64,000 bases of DNA from an uncultured Clostridia bacterium. GTDB taxonomy: Bacteria > Bacillota > Clostridia > Christensenellales > Borkfalkiaceae. Below, piece by piece: positions 1-8,735 of this stretch (the first letter of the stretch is position 1; every line of letters begins with the position of its first letter). The position numbers and the translations under genes are program-made. Below the pieces are notes generated by a model. It worked only from the letters and a program-made list of their open reading frames with translations. It made no database searches and was not told the origin of the DNA. The stretch covers positions 5,924-69,923 of the forward strand of contig CALVMR010000022.1 of NCBI GenBank assembly GCA_944346885.1, in the 5' to 3' direction.

Positions 1-1248
1 CCCTTCGTACTTTGCATCGCCTGCATAATCGGAAACAATGCTCGTCCACAAGCCGAGCTGCTGCATCTCCTCATACGACGCGCCCTTGTTGTAATAGGAA
101 TCGAAGGCGATCCAATAACTGAACCCGGAAACGCCCGCATTCAGCCCGTTGATCATCGCGCGCGAGAGGAACACGCCGCGCTCGTATGCGTCGATATCCC
201 CCTGGCGGGAGGCGCTTACGAACTGGTTGCCGCCCAGCTCTCCCACAAAAAAGCGCATGCCCGCTTCCGCCGCCGTCTGCACGCAAAATTCGTACCAATC
301 GTTCATTGTGGAATTGGGCGTTTCGGACCCGAACCCGTAGCAGTGCGCATTCAGCTTGTCGGCAACGTCTGCCAGGTCGGAAGCCGCCTTGGGCAGCCAT
401 TCGCGCGAACGGTCAAACGTGGTATCGCTCAGGTTGAACTCCACTTTGTCACGGATGCCGTCCGCTTTGAACCGCCGATCCAGCTCCGTGCACAGCTTCA
501 CGTATTCGCCGTATTGGTTGCCCGCGCCGTCCACGATGTACTGCCCGTCCGGCTCGTTGATCGGCGTGACCTCTTTGATGCAGGTATATCCCTTCGTTTC
601 CAGCAGGTATTTCGTATAGACGGAAAAGTTTTCGCAAAATTCCGCGATCATCGCCTCGCCCTTCGGCCCGATCATCCAGCTGTCGGAACCGTTGTGGTTG
701 GAAGCCATCCAATACGAAGAGCTGACGTAACTGTCCGCCGCCAAAGATTTGTTCAGCGGCACCCCCCACAGCACAAGCGTGACGCGAATATCGTACTTTT
801 GCGCGATGTCGAGCACGCGGCAAACAGACTGCGTTTCCAGCGTATCGAAGTCGAACGCGTCGAGGTCGGCGGTATACGGGTCGTCGTTGTCGTTGTACTT
901 TTCGATCCAAGAGGGGTTCAGCATCACGCGGAAATTTTTAATGTTCAGCGCGGCAACGCGCTCTTCAACGGTCTCCCAAAGCGCTTCCGCCTCCGTCCTC
1001 GTCTTTTGCCCGTTCGCCTCCCAGCGCGGCAGCGCCTGCGACCAAAAATGCGGATCGAACTCCACCCCGATCCCGTCCTGCCGCACGCCGGTCTGCTCCC
1101 CCGCTTGCAGCAGCGCGTACCCTTCGGGCTGTTTGTACTCTTTTTCTTCTTCCCCCTCCTGCTTTGCGGGAGGCGCGCACGCCGCCGCGGAAAGCAGCGG
1201 CACCGCCATCAGCAGGGCGGCAAGCGCCTTTTTCCATCCTTTTCGCAT
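1..1248 (-). CDS. Secreted glycoside hydrolase, clan GH-A / GH5-like lipoprotein; the C-terminus runs off the left edge
   Basis: Absent from the supplied ORF track because it has no in-window stop. Manual translation from ATG 1248-1246, with GGAGGG just upstream, stays open down to nt 1. It begins MRKGWKKALAALLMAVPLLSAAAAC (signal peptide plus lipobox-like Cys). It also carries TPINEPDG (NEP acid/base motif) and FFVGELGG (candidate nucleophile Glu). Confidence 0.6.
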   Translation of the reverse strand, partial: MRKGWKKALAALLMAVPLLSAAACAPPAKQEGEEEKEYKQPEGYALLQAGEQTGVRQDGIGVEFDPHFWSQALPRWEANGQKTRTEAEALWETVEERVAALNIKNFRVMLNPSWIEKYNDNDDPYTADLDAFDFDTLETQSVCRVLDIAQKYDIRVTLVLWGVPLNKSLAADSYVSSSYWMASNHNGSDSWMIGPKGEAMIAEFCENFSVYTKYLLETKGYTCIKEVTPINEPDGQYIVDGAGNQYGEYVKLCTELDRRFKADGIRDKVEFNLSDTTFDRSREWLPKAASDLADVADKLNAHCYGFGSETPNSTMNDWYEFCVQTAAEAGMRFFVGELGGNQFVSASRQGDIDAYERGVFLSRAMINGLNAGVSGFSYWIAFDSYYNKGASYEEMQQLGLWTSIVSDYAGDAKYEG

Positions 1249-1865
1249 CCTTTTCCCTCCTTTGTGCATACTTCTGATTTTATATTACCGCATCAAAATC
1301 CGCTTTTCTACCTCAATCTGATCAAGAATATACTCTTTTTCATCATCTTTCCGCCGCGGGCACGGTGCGGGCGGCATGGCTACGTGCGGGCGGCGGATCG
1401 CTTTGCCGAAGCGCAGGGCAGTTTGCGAAGGGAGGCGGTTTGATAAAAATTTTTTGCGGTTTGTTATCCTGCGTTTGATGAAAAAAAGAAAAAAATTGCC
1501 GCAATCGCCTGTTTTGCGACTGCGGCAACCCCGCTTTTTCGGTTTTGCGGAAAATTTTTTCCCGTTTTTCCGCATGTAATTTTGTTTCTTTGCATTTTTA
1601 AAGAAAAATAGTTGCTTCTACGGTTTTGTATTTTTTGCATATTTTTAAAGCAACCGATTTTTTAAAAACATGCGGTATCTTTTCATCTAGGCGCAGCCCC
1701 CGCCTTTTTCCGCCGAAAGGGCGCGCCGCAAAACGCGCCGCCCCTTTGCCGCGGCGGCGCCGCGGCAGCGGCGCGCGGGGCGCCGAAAATATGCTTTTTT
1801 CTCTTGTTTGCATTCCGCTTGCTTTTCCCGCCGCGGCGTGGTATCATGGTGCGCAGGAGAAAGCC

Positions 1866-2345
1866 ATGGAAGACAAGACCAACGCGGTGCGCCTGTTCGA
1901 CCGAAACAAACTCCCCTACACGCTCTGCCGCTACGACCCCGAAGAGACGCGCGGGGAAGAGGTGGCGCGCCTGCTGGGGCAGGACCCTGCAAGCGTTTTC
2001 AAAACGCTGGTAACGGAGGGGGCGAGCCGCGCGCACTATGTATTTATGATCCCCGTCTGCCGCGAACTCGATTTGAAAAAGGCGGCGAAAGCGGTGGGCG
2101 AAAAGAGCGTACAGATGATAAAGGCGAAGGAACTGCTGCCGCTTACGGGCTATGTGCACGGCGGCTGCTCGCCCCTCGGCATGAAAAAGTTTTTTAAAAC
2201 GACGGCGGATCGCAGCGCGGAAAGGTTTGCCGCCATCGCGTTCAGCGCGGGCAGGCGCGGCTTGCAGATCCGCACCGACCTTGCTTCGCTCGCCGCGCTG
2301 ATCCCCCTTTCGCTCGCCGACCTGACGGCGGAAGAACAAAATTGA
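1866..2345 (+). CDS. ybaK: Cys-tRNA(Pro)/Cys-tRNA(Cys) deacylase, YbaK/EbsC family
   Basis: ORF 1626..2345 trimmed to ATG 1866 (MEDKTNAVRLFDRNKLPY...). YbaK-like segments are VFKTLV, YVFMIP and LTGYVHGGCSPLG. The upstream part of the ORF is Arg/Pro-rich junk. Confidence 0.75.
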   Translation: MEDKTNAVRLFDRNKLPYTLCRYDPEETRGEEVARLLGQDPASVFKTLVTEGASRAHYVFMIPVCRELDLKKAAKAVGEKSVQMIKAKELLPLTGYVHGGCSPLGMKKFFKTTADRSAERFAAIAFSAGRRGLQIRTDLASLAALIPLSLADLTAEEQN

Positions 2346-2411
2346 CCGCCGAACTTTTGCGGGCATATGAACTGTTGCGGGCATAAAAGCGGGCACGAAA
2401 GCGAACATGGA

Positions 2412-2459
2412 AAAAGAGGGGCGCCCTTCCGTTTAAACGGAAGGGCGCCCCTCTTTTTT
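2412..2459. terminator. Bidirectional intrinsic terminator between the convergent ybaK and cvpA-like genes
   Basis: Perfect hairpin AAAAGAGGGGCGCCCTTCCG-tttaaa-CGGAAGGGCGCCCCTCTTTT, with an A-run on one side and a T-run on the other. Confidence 0.85.
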
Positions 2460-2471
2460 GCGAAACAGCGC

Positions 2472-2987
2472 CTAGGAAAAGCGCACGGGGTTGTTTTCGT
2501 ACAGCGTGCCGAGAAAGCTGCCTTCCAGCGCCGCGGAGATATCCCCGCCGAAGAGGCGGATCAGCGCAAAAACCAGCAGCGTGAGCAGCAGCACCGCCGC
2601 CACCATCAGCACCATGCCGAGAACGCGGTTCACGATGCGCATCGCAAGCACGTCGATGGAAAAAATGCCCACGATGAACTTAACGATGAGGATGCGCAGC
2701 ACCTGCACCACCAAAAAGAGCACGATGTAATAGATGACCGTAGCCAAATGGATGGTCGCCAAAAAATCCCATGCATCGCCGAGAGACGCATTCAGCCCGC
2801 CGAGCCACTCCGCCACGGCAGGGATACCTTGGATCATCCCGCCGAACGTGGCGCAGACGAACACGGAGAGGATAAACCCGAAAATGCCTTTCGTAAAAAA
2901 TTTTAATGTTTTTCCGAATCCGACGGCAAGCCCCAACCCTGCAAGCAGGATGGCGGCAAGGAGGGTAACGGCATCGATCGTTCCCAT
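2472..2987 (-). CDS. Small polytopic membrane protein, CvpA-like
   Basis: 171 aa with about 4 hydrophobic helices (MGTIDAVTLLAAILLAGLGLAVGFG...). Size and topology resemble the CvpA family. The assignment rests on general resemblance only. Confidence 0.45.
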   Translation of the reverse strand: MGTIDAVTLLAAILLAGLGLAVGFGKTLKFFTKGIFGFILSVFVCATFGGMIQGIPAVAEWLGGLNASLGDAWDFLATIHLATVIYYIVLFLVVQVLRILIVKFIVGIFSIDVLAMRIVNRVLGMVLMVAAVLLLTLLVFALIRLFGGDISAALEGSFLGTLYENNPVRFS

Positions 2988-3137
2988 GTTATGACCCCGA
3001 ACGGCATAAGTATTGCCGCTTTACGGCGCAGTATACCACATCCGCGCCCCTTTTGCAAGCGGTTTGCACAGGGCGGGAGCGCGGCATGCCGCCGCGCCCC
3101 CGCTTCCCGCCGCAAACGGCGGATATTTTCCGAAAAA

Positions 3138-3743
3138 TCAGTCGCACAGCCGCGCGATCGCCTTGGCGAGCGCCTTGATCTCCTGCTGCGTCGTATTGAC
3201 GCACACATCGAAGTTGAGCGGATCTCCCCACTTGCGCCCCGTATAAAAGTAATAATAGTGCGCCCGCTCGGCGTCGATCTTTTTGATCATGCGCGCCAGC
3301 TTGCGGTCCGAATAGCGCGCTTCGCCCTCCGGCGCCTTTTGGCGGCAGCGGGCGATCTTGCTCGGCATATCCGCATAAACGAACAGCCGCAGCGGGTCCT
3401 TGTCGCGCAAGATGAAATCGGCGCAGCGCCCCACGATCACGCAATCCGAACGATCCGCCATTTCGCGGATGATCTCGTGCTGGCGGGCGTAGATCGCCGC
3501 ATTCTGTTCGGCGACCGTATCCAACGCGGGATAAAAGCTCCTGCCCACGTGGATGGGATAGAGCACGACGGGCTTGCGCTCGACGATGCTCTGCACGTAC
3601 TGCTCGGAAAGCTCGGTGCGCTTGGCGATCTCGGAAACGATCTCTTTGTCGTAATACGCCGCGCCCAGCTCTTCGGCGAGCCGCCTGCCCAACTCTCTTC
3701 CGCCGCTGCCGAACTCCCTGCCGATGGTCACGATCTTATTCAT
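3138..3743 (-). CDS. Cytidylate kinase-like family protein (P-loop)
   Basis: ORF trimmed to ATG 3743, with GGGGGAAAG upstream. The N-terminus MNKIVTIGREFGSGGRELGRRLAEELG is the characteristic P-loop-like start of this family. Confidence 0.7.
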   Translation of the reverse strand: MNKIVTIGREFGSGGRELGRRLAEELGAAYYDKEIVSEIAKRTELSEQYVQSIVERKPVVLYPIHVGRSFYPALDTVAEQNAAIYARQHEIIREMADRSDCVIVGRCADFILRDKDPLRLFVYADMPSKIARCRQKAPEGEARYSDRKLARMIKKIDAERAHYYYFYTGRKWGDPLNFDVCVNTTQQEIKALAKAIARLCD

Positions 3744-3883
3744 CTTTCCCCCTATGCGCGCGGCTCTCTCCGCGCTTTTCCTGCCAACAGTATACCACAC
3801 ATTTTCCGCGTTTGCAATACCCGCTTAAAAATTTACGCGCGAGCGCAAACATTCTCCCGCGCCGAAGCGTTTGCCCGCGCGCC

Positions 3884-5701
3884 TCAGCTTTCGCGGAACT
3901 GGTATTTGTACAGCTCGGCGTATTCGCCGCCGAGCGCCATCAGCTGTTCGTGCGTGCCGCGTTCGGTTACCTTCCCCGCGCGCAGCACCAAAATTTCGTC
4001 TGCGTTTTTCACGGTGGAGAGCCTGTGCGCAACGACCAAGCAGGTGCGCCCGCGCGAAAGTTCGGAAAGCGCGTGCTGGATCTGCATTTCGGTCATGTTG
4101 TCCAGCGCGCTGGTCGCCTCGTCCAAAATGAGGATGGGAGGGTCCTTTAAAAAGGCGCGGGCGATGGAGATGCGCTGCTTCTGCCCGCCCGAAAGTTTTA
4201 CGCCGCGCTCGCCGATCTCGGTATCGTACCCGTCGGGCAGCGTTTCCACAAACTCGTGCACGTTCGCGCGGCGCGCCGCCTCTTCGATCTGCGCATCGGA
4301 GGCGGCAAAATTTCCGTAGGCGATGTTTTCGCGCACGGTGCCGCCGTACAGGAACACATCCTGCGCGACGATGGCGATGCTGCGGCGCAGCGTTTTGCGC
4401 GTCACCTCGTCCACCCCGATGCCGCCGATGGTGATGCGCCCCGCGTCCGCGTCGTAAAAACGCGGAATGAGATGGCAAACGGTCGTTTTGCCGCCGCCCG
4501 AAGGCCCCACAAGCGCAACGGTCGTGCCCTCTTTGACCGTAAAGCTCAGGTGCGAAAGCACGTTCTCCCCGGCGGCGGTGCCGCCCGTCGTTTTATACGC
4601 AAAACTTACGTCGTCAAACACGATATCCCCGTGCATAACGTCTACGGGAACGGGGTCTTCGGGGTCGGCTTCGGGCGGCACGGCAAGCACCTCGCGGAAG
4701 CGGATAAAGCCCGAAAGCCCGTCTTGGATCTGTTCGAACAGGTTGATGAGGGTACGGATGGGGGTCAGGAGCATGGTGATATACAGAATGAACGCCGTAT
4801 AATCCCCGACCTCCGTGATGACCTCAAAATACAGCAGCAGCCCGCCCGCGACCAGGGCGATAAGGTACAAAAGGTCGTTAAAAAAGCTCATGCCGCCCTG
4901 AAAAATGCCCATGTAGCGGTACGCCTCGGAACGGGCGCGGCGAAATTCGCCGTTGGCGCGCTCAAACTTTTCCTCTTCGCGCTCTTCGGCGGTGTACGCC
5001 TTGGAAACGCGGATGCCCGAAACGGAGGATTCGACGCTCGCGTTCACTTCGGCGATCGTCTCGCGCGATTTGGTAAAGGCGGCCTGCATGCGGCGGCGCA
5101 TTTTTACGGCGAACAGCACCATCAGCGGCACATACAAAAAGACGATGAGCGACAGCCACGGATTGACGAACAGCAGCATGACGACCGCCCCGACGATGCT
5201 GATGAGCGAGGTAAACGTATCTTCGGGGCCGTGGTGCGCCAGTTCGGAGGTGTCAAACAGGTCGTTGACGATGCGCGAAACGATGGTGCCCGTTTTGGTT
5301 TCGTCAAAGTACGAAAAGGGAAGCCGCTCCACATGCGCAAAAAACTGCCTGCGCATATTCGCCTGGATGCGCACGCCCAAAACATGCCCCCAAAACCCGA
5401 CCACAAAGGTCAAAAGCGCCTTTACGGCATAGATCCCCAGCAGCACCGCCGCCCATACGAGGATGAGCTGCAATTCTTTGTTCGGCACGAGCTCGTTCAT
5501 CATCATGCGGGTGATGAACGGGTAAAACAGGTTGCACACGGCAATGGTGAACGAGCTGCACAAATCGAGCAAAAACAGCTTTTTGTGCGGCTTGTAGTAC
5601 GAAAAAAAGGCGCGGATGTTGCCCTTCATTTTTACGGCGGGCTCGCGCGTTTTGGCGCCCTTTGCGCCGCCGCGCTCCATTCTCCCTTCTCCCCTCGGCA
5701 T
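3884..5701 (-). CDS. ABC transporter, fused permease/ATP-binding protein (type I exporter, MsbA-like)
   Basis: Six-TM N-terminal half. Walker A GPSGGGKTT, signature LSGGQKQR, Walker B ILILDEATSALD. The start is set at ATG 5701 (MPRGEG...), which is preceded by GAGGAGGGG. The track start at 5737 is a GTG lying inside the -10 box. Confidence 0.85.
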   Translation of the reverse strand: MPRGEGRMERGGAKGAKTREPAVKMKGNIRAFFSYYKPHKKLFLLDLCSSFTIAVCNLFYPFITRMMMNELVPNKELQLILVWAAVLLGIYAVKALLTFVVGFWGHVLGVRIQANMRRQFFAHVERLPFSYFDETKTGTIVSRIVNDLFDTSELAHHGPEDTFTSLISIVGAVVMLLFVNPWLSLIVFLYVPLMVLFAVKMRRRMQAAFTKSRETIAEVNASVESSVSGIRVSKAYTAEEREEEKFERANGEFRRARSEAYRYMGIFQGGMSFFNDLLYLIALVAGGLLLYFEVITEVGDYTAFILYITMLLTPIRTLINLFEQIQDGLSGFIRFREVLAVPPEADPEDPVPVDVMHGDIVFDDVSFAYKTTGGTAAGENVLSHLSFTVKEGTTVALVGPSGGGKTTVCHLIPRFYDADAGRITIGGIGVDEVTRKTLRRSIAIVAQDVFLYGGTVRENIAYGNFAASDAQIEEAARRANVHEFVETLPDGYDTEIGERGVKLSGGQKQRISIARAFLKDPPILILDEATSALDNMTEMQIQHALSELSRGRTCLVVAHRLSTVKNADEILVLRAGKVTERGTHEQLMALGGEYAELYKYQFRES

Positions 5702-5741
5702 GGCAAACCCCTCCTCTCGTTTTTCATTGTAGCACACGCGG

Positions 5742-5777
5742 CAAAAAAAAGCAACCCGCGCGCCGAAGGGCGCGGGG
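5742..5777 (-). terminator. Intrinsic terminator downstream of the island's leftmost gene
   Basis: In minus sense, CCCCGCGCC-cttc-GGCGCGCGGG followed by ttgc and T8. It overlaps the -35 region of the ABC exporter promoter. Confidence 0.5.
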
Positions 5778-5856
5778 GCGCCGCCGCTTTTGCGCGGGCG
5801 CCCTCTGCGTTTGGGTGCGCAAAAAACACCACATCAATTTGCAAAAACAACGGCTT

Positions 5857-6654
5857 TCATTTGCATACAGCCTCGGTTTTCAAGACCTTTAGATTTATCG
5901 TGGTATGAAATTCAATTTTAGCATTGCTATTTTTATGAGTTTCACAATATTTATTAAATCTTGTCACAAGCCATAAATACTTTGTAATCAGTTTTTCTCT
6001 TTCCAGTATTTTGCTCGGATCAGTGAGATTTCTATATCGACAAGTTGTATTAACCAACTTTTTTATATTAGTTCTAAGAATTGTATCATCGCTATCTTTG
6101 CCAAAAGAATCAAAGAGTTGAACATAATAAAAATCATCTTCATCCTTTGAGATATAGCCTTGCCTTTCGAGCGCCTCTAAAACAGAAGAAGAAAATTTTT
6201 TGTTTTTGTTGTCTAAAATAATTCTGGGATATACGGCAAACTTATTTTCCAAGGTATATACATCAATAAGTCCTTTCCCAAATATAAAATCTTTGTTGAC
6301 ATAAAATTTACCTATTGTAATCCCGCCTCTAATCAAAATAGAATACTTTTCAAGAAGGCGTCTTTGTATTTGTTGGGTCAAGAATGAAAGTGCAGTCATT
6401 GCCCCCAACTCATTATTCTCATGTTTTATATAAAACAGAAAATTATCAGAATATGCTCTAAATTTGACATTCACATCATTTAATGAAAGAGTAATATTTA
6501 CGCTCTTTTTCATGTCTTCAATTGCACTTTGAATCACAGACAAAAAATCGTATGGATCACTTTCATTTTCAAAATATGATTTATAACCTAATATATCAAA
6601 ATAAGCGAGATAATAGTCCTGTAGTTCATCCTGTTTAAAATTAAAAAAGAACAT
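5857..6654 (-). CDS. Stand-alone palm-domain nucleotide cyclase-like protein (GGDEF / class III cyclase / minimal CRISPR-polymerase-like fold) with an uncharacterised C-terminal domain
   Basis: 265 aa, very AT-rich. Ordered motifs:
- YLAYFDILGYKSYF (first metal Asp, D20)
- VKFRAYSDNFLFYI (GGDEF-like position, D70)
- ILIRGGITIGKFY (R109-GG)
- FGKGLIDVYTLE (helix following the palm). Confidence 0.5.
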   Translation of the reverse strand: MFFFNFKQDELQDYYLAYFDILGYKSYFENESDPYDFLSVIQSAIEDMKKSVNITLSLNDVNVKFRAYSDNFLFYIKHENNELGAMTALSFLTQQIQRRLLEKYSILIRGGITIGKFYVNKDFIFGKGLIDVYTLENKFAVYPRIILDNKNKKFSSSVLEALERQGYISKDEDDFYYVQLFDSFGKDSDDTILRTNIKKLVNTTCRYRNLTDPSKILEREKLITKYLWLVTRFNKYCETHKNSNAKIEFHTTINLKVLKTEAVCK

Positions 6655-6702
6655 TGTTGGTATTTCCTATGTTATGTTTTTTATTCCTTAACGAATCAAG
6701 GT

Positions 6703-8145
6703 TTACTTTCTCCCATTCCTCACCTGCTCTACATAGCCGAGAAGGTACAGGAACGCTGGCGCGGGGATGCGGTAGACGCTCTTTTCGCCGTAGGAATGGA
6801 GCCCGAAATCTTCTGAACGCTTGGTTATGACAAGGTTTGGATACTTTGCGCCCGCCTCCGTCACAATGGCGTCATCCTCCGCGATCTTCGCCTGTTCGCG
6901 GTACTTGACCTCGATCATGATGGGCTCAAATCGTTCCGACTTGACAACGATATCGATCTCCTTGCCCTTCCCGCCGCCACGGTAGTAGCCGACCGTAGGC
7001 GCATCTTCATAATAAAACGCCTTGATATGCTTATAAACCGCCGTCTCGGCAATGAGACCGAGTTCTTCGTGGTCGTTGGTGATGTCGTCCTTCATCAGAA
7101 CGGCGTTGCGCATGGCGGCATCGGCAATGTAGATCTTGTTTTGGTTCTTCAAGACCTTCTTTGCGTCGAGCGTGACGAGCGGGCTCACATAGATAAGGCT
7201 GGCGCTCTCCAGATATCCGATATACTTTTCGATGGTCGTGCGGCTGACGCCGTCCATCTCCTTGCCCATCGTCTGCAAGTTGATAATATTGGAAGAATTG
7301 TAGCAGAGGTACAAAAAGATGCGCTCGATATCGGCGATATTGCGGATACCGTAGATGGCGGGGATATCGCGCTTCAATGCCTTATCGACGATATCCTCCC
7401 GGAGAACGCGCTGGGCGTACAGATCGTCCTTGCTCAATGCGAGTTCGGGGAATCCGCCCACTTGCAGATAGCGGATGAAATGCACTTGCAGCACGGAGAG
7501 CTTGCGCAAAATGTCCTGCTGTTCGCGCTCGTCGCGCAAGTACAGCTGCGTTGGCTTGATGTCCTGCGGCATCGGCGGCAAGGAAATTTGCAGTAGTTCG
7601 CAGTATTCGTAAAAGGAGAGCGTCGGCACATGAATGACCTTCCAACGCCCCAAACCGCTCTCGCTCGTCTTGTCCGAGAGGATGGGACTTGCCGAGCCCG
7701 TCGCCATGATCTTGATCTTCGGATCGGTGTCGTATAATATCTTCAGCCAGTTGTTCCAGTCGGCGGCGTATTGGATCTCGTCGAAGAAACAATACACCGT
7801 TTCACTGGCAGAGATGTTGGAGCGGAAGGTCTCCATGACGGTATTCACCGAACACAGCTTCAAAAGCGGATGATCGAAGGAGACAAAGAGGATGTCCTTG
7901 GGGGAAACTCCCTGCTCCAACAGCGCGGAGATCGCCTGATACATGATGGTCGTCTTACCCGTGCGCCGGGCGCCGCACAGAACGACGGAGCGACGGATAT
8001 CCTCGCGCATCATGCAGCGGAATGCCTCAAAGTAGGCAAAGCGGTGCATGGGCTTGACGAATTCCTTTTGAATAAAGCCCGTCCTCCACCACGGATTGTA
8101 GGAATACAGAAGATCTAAAACATTTTCACGGTTGACGATAGACAT
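6703..8145 (-). CDS. AAA+ ATPase (COG1373 / AAA_14-DUF4143 type) with a C-terminal PD-(D/E)xK-like motif
   Basis: Start set at ATG 8145 (MSIVNRENVLDLLYSYNPWW), with AGGAGGG upstream. Walker A GARRTGKTT, Walker B VYCFFDEIQY. The C-terminal GKEIDIVVKSERFEPIMIEVKY matches a D...E-x-K nuclease-fold pattern. Confidence 0.75.
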   Translation of the reverse strand: MSIVNRENVLDLLYSYNPWWRTGFIQKEFVKPMHRFAYFEAFRCMMREDIRRSVVLCGARRTGKTTIMYQAISALLEQGVSPKDILFVSFDHPLLKLCSVNTVMETFRSNISASETVYCFFDEIQYAADWNNWLKILYDTDPKIKIMATGSASPILSDKTSESGLGRWKVIHVPTLSFYEYCELLQISLPPMPQDIKPTQLYLRDEREQQDILRKLSVLQVHFIRYLQVGGFPELALSKDDLYAQRVLREDIVDKALKRDIPAIYGIRNIADIERIFLYLCYNSSNIINLQTMGKEMDGVSRTTIEKYIGYLESASLIYVSPLVTLDAKKVLKNQNKIYIADAAMRNAVLMKDDITNDHEELGLIAETAVYKHIKAFYYEDAPTVGYYRGGGKGKEIDIVVKSERFEPIMIEVKYREQAKIAEDDAIVTEAGAKYPNLVITKRSEDFGLHSYGEKSVYRIPAPAFLYLLGYVEQVRNGRK

Positions 8146-8164
8146 GGTTGCCCTCCTTGCGGAT

Positions 8165-8193
8165 AGTATAGCATAGAAATTTACTTCATGCAA
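8165..8193 (-). promoter_or_regulatory. Sigma-A-type promoter for the AAA+ ATPase gene
   Basis: In minus sense, TTGCAT-17 nt-TATACT with an upstream TGc (extended -10). It lies about 20 nt ahead of the AGGAGGG RBS. Confidence 0.6.
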
Positions 8194-8277
8194 GACTTTT
8201 AGCAATTATTCTTTATGAAATTGCTATTACAGTAGTAATTATTTGCCGAAAACGATTTATATATACTGATAACGCAC

Positions 8278-8309
8278 CATCCCCCGATCCGAAACCGGAT
8301 CGGGGGATG
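8278..8309 (-). terminator. Perfect 14-bp hairpin immediately downstream of the XRE gene
   Basis: CATCCCCCGATCCG-aaac-CGGATCGGGGGATG. No clear U-tract in minus sense (TGTTTT on the plus side). Confidence 0.45.
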
Positions 8310-8313
8310 TGTT

Positions 8314-8604
8314 TTACAAGCTCTTCAAAAAGGCGACCAAAAGTTGGCGTTGGGAGGGCGAGAGGGATGCGAGGCGGAATGTGTAATTTTCTTCCTCGTT
8401 GGGATAGTCGAAAAATTCTTTCAGCGTCACACCAAGCACATCGCAAATATTATCCAACACTTCTACCGTGGGACATTTTTTCCCTTTTTCCAAATCCGGA
8501 ATATAACTGGGCGACACGCCAGCTTCTGACGCAAGTTTACACTTTGAAATCCCCTTCTTTTGCCGCAACACTTGAATGCGCTTGCCTATTTCTTTTCGAT
8601 CCAT
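8314..8604 (-). CDS. XRE-family helix-turn-helix transcriptional regulator (candidate controller of the adjacent R-M-like operon)
   Basis: 96 aa. IGKRIQVLRQKKGISKCKLASEAGVSPSYIPDLEKGKKCPTVEVLDNICDVLGV is a canonical Cro/C1 HTH. GAGGGA RBS. It is divergent from the methyltransferase operon. Confidence 0.85.
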   Translation of the reverse strand: MDRKEIGKRIQVLRQKKGISKCKLASEAGVSPSYIPDLEKGKKCPTVEVLDNICDVLGVTLKEFFDYPNEEENYTFRLASLSPSQRQLLVAFLKSL

Positions 8605-8620
8605 AGCATCCCTCGCAATT

Positions 8621-8638
8621 AAACTATAGTCATAGTTT
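8621..8638. promoter_or_regulatory. Operator-like inverted repeat 1 (AAACTAT-N4-ATAGTTT)
   Basis: AAACTATAGTCATAGTTT lies between the XRE start codon and its promoter, and contains the palindromic core ACTATAGT. Confidence 0.5.
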
Positions 8639-8673
8639 ATATCTTTTTTTGCAAAATTACTTTCACTATGGTA

Positions 8674-8702
8674 TTGATATTATTATACTATTGTGATATA
8701 AT
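8674..8702 (+). promoter_or_regulatory. Sigma-A-type promoter of the methyltransferase/helicase operon
   Basis: TTGATA (8674-8679), a 17-nt spacer, then TATAAT (8697-8702) with TGa extended -10. A minus-strand TATAAT (8682-8687) sits back-to-back with it for the XRE gene. Confidence 0.65.
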
Positions 8703-8706
8703 GATT

Positions 8707-8718
8707 TAACTATAGTTA
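8707..8718. promoter_or_regulatory. Operator-like perfect palindrome 2 (TAACTATAGTTA)
   Basis: It shares the ACTATAGT core with operator 1 and sits at about the predicted transcription start of the methyltransferase operon. Confidence 0.5.
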
Positions 8719-8735
8719 TAACAAACCTTATCAAA

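Noticed and set aside
343-1443. 366-aa plus-strand ORF from the track
   Set aside because: It is antisense to the well-supported GH5-like lipoprotein gene. Its translation is Arg/Val/Phe-rich low-information sequence with no RBS, typical of shadow ORFs in GC-rich DNA.
5700-5900. Attachment-site repeat or integrase remnant at the left island border
   Set aside because: By eye, there is no copy of the tRNA-Glu 3' segment (TGGTGACCCCACCGGGACTCGAACC) and no recombinase-like ORF. The border is only a gradual GC change within the last codons of the cyclase-like gene.
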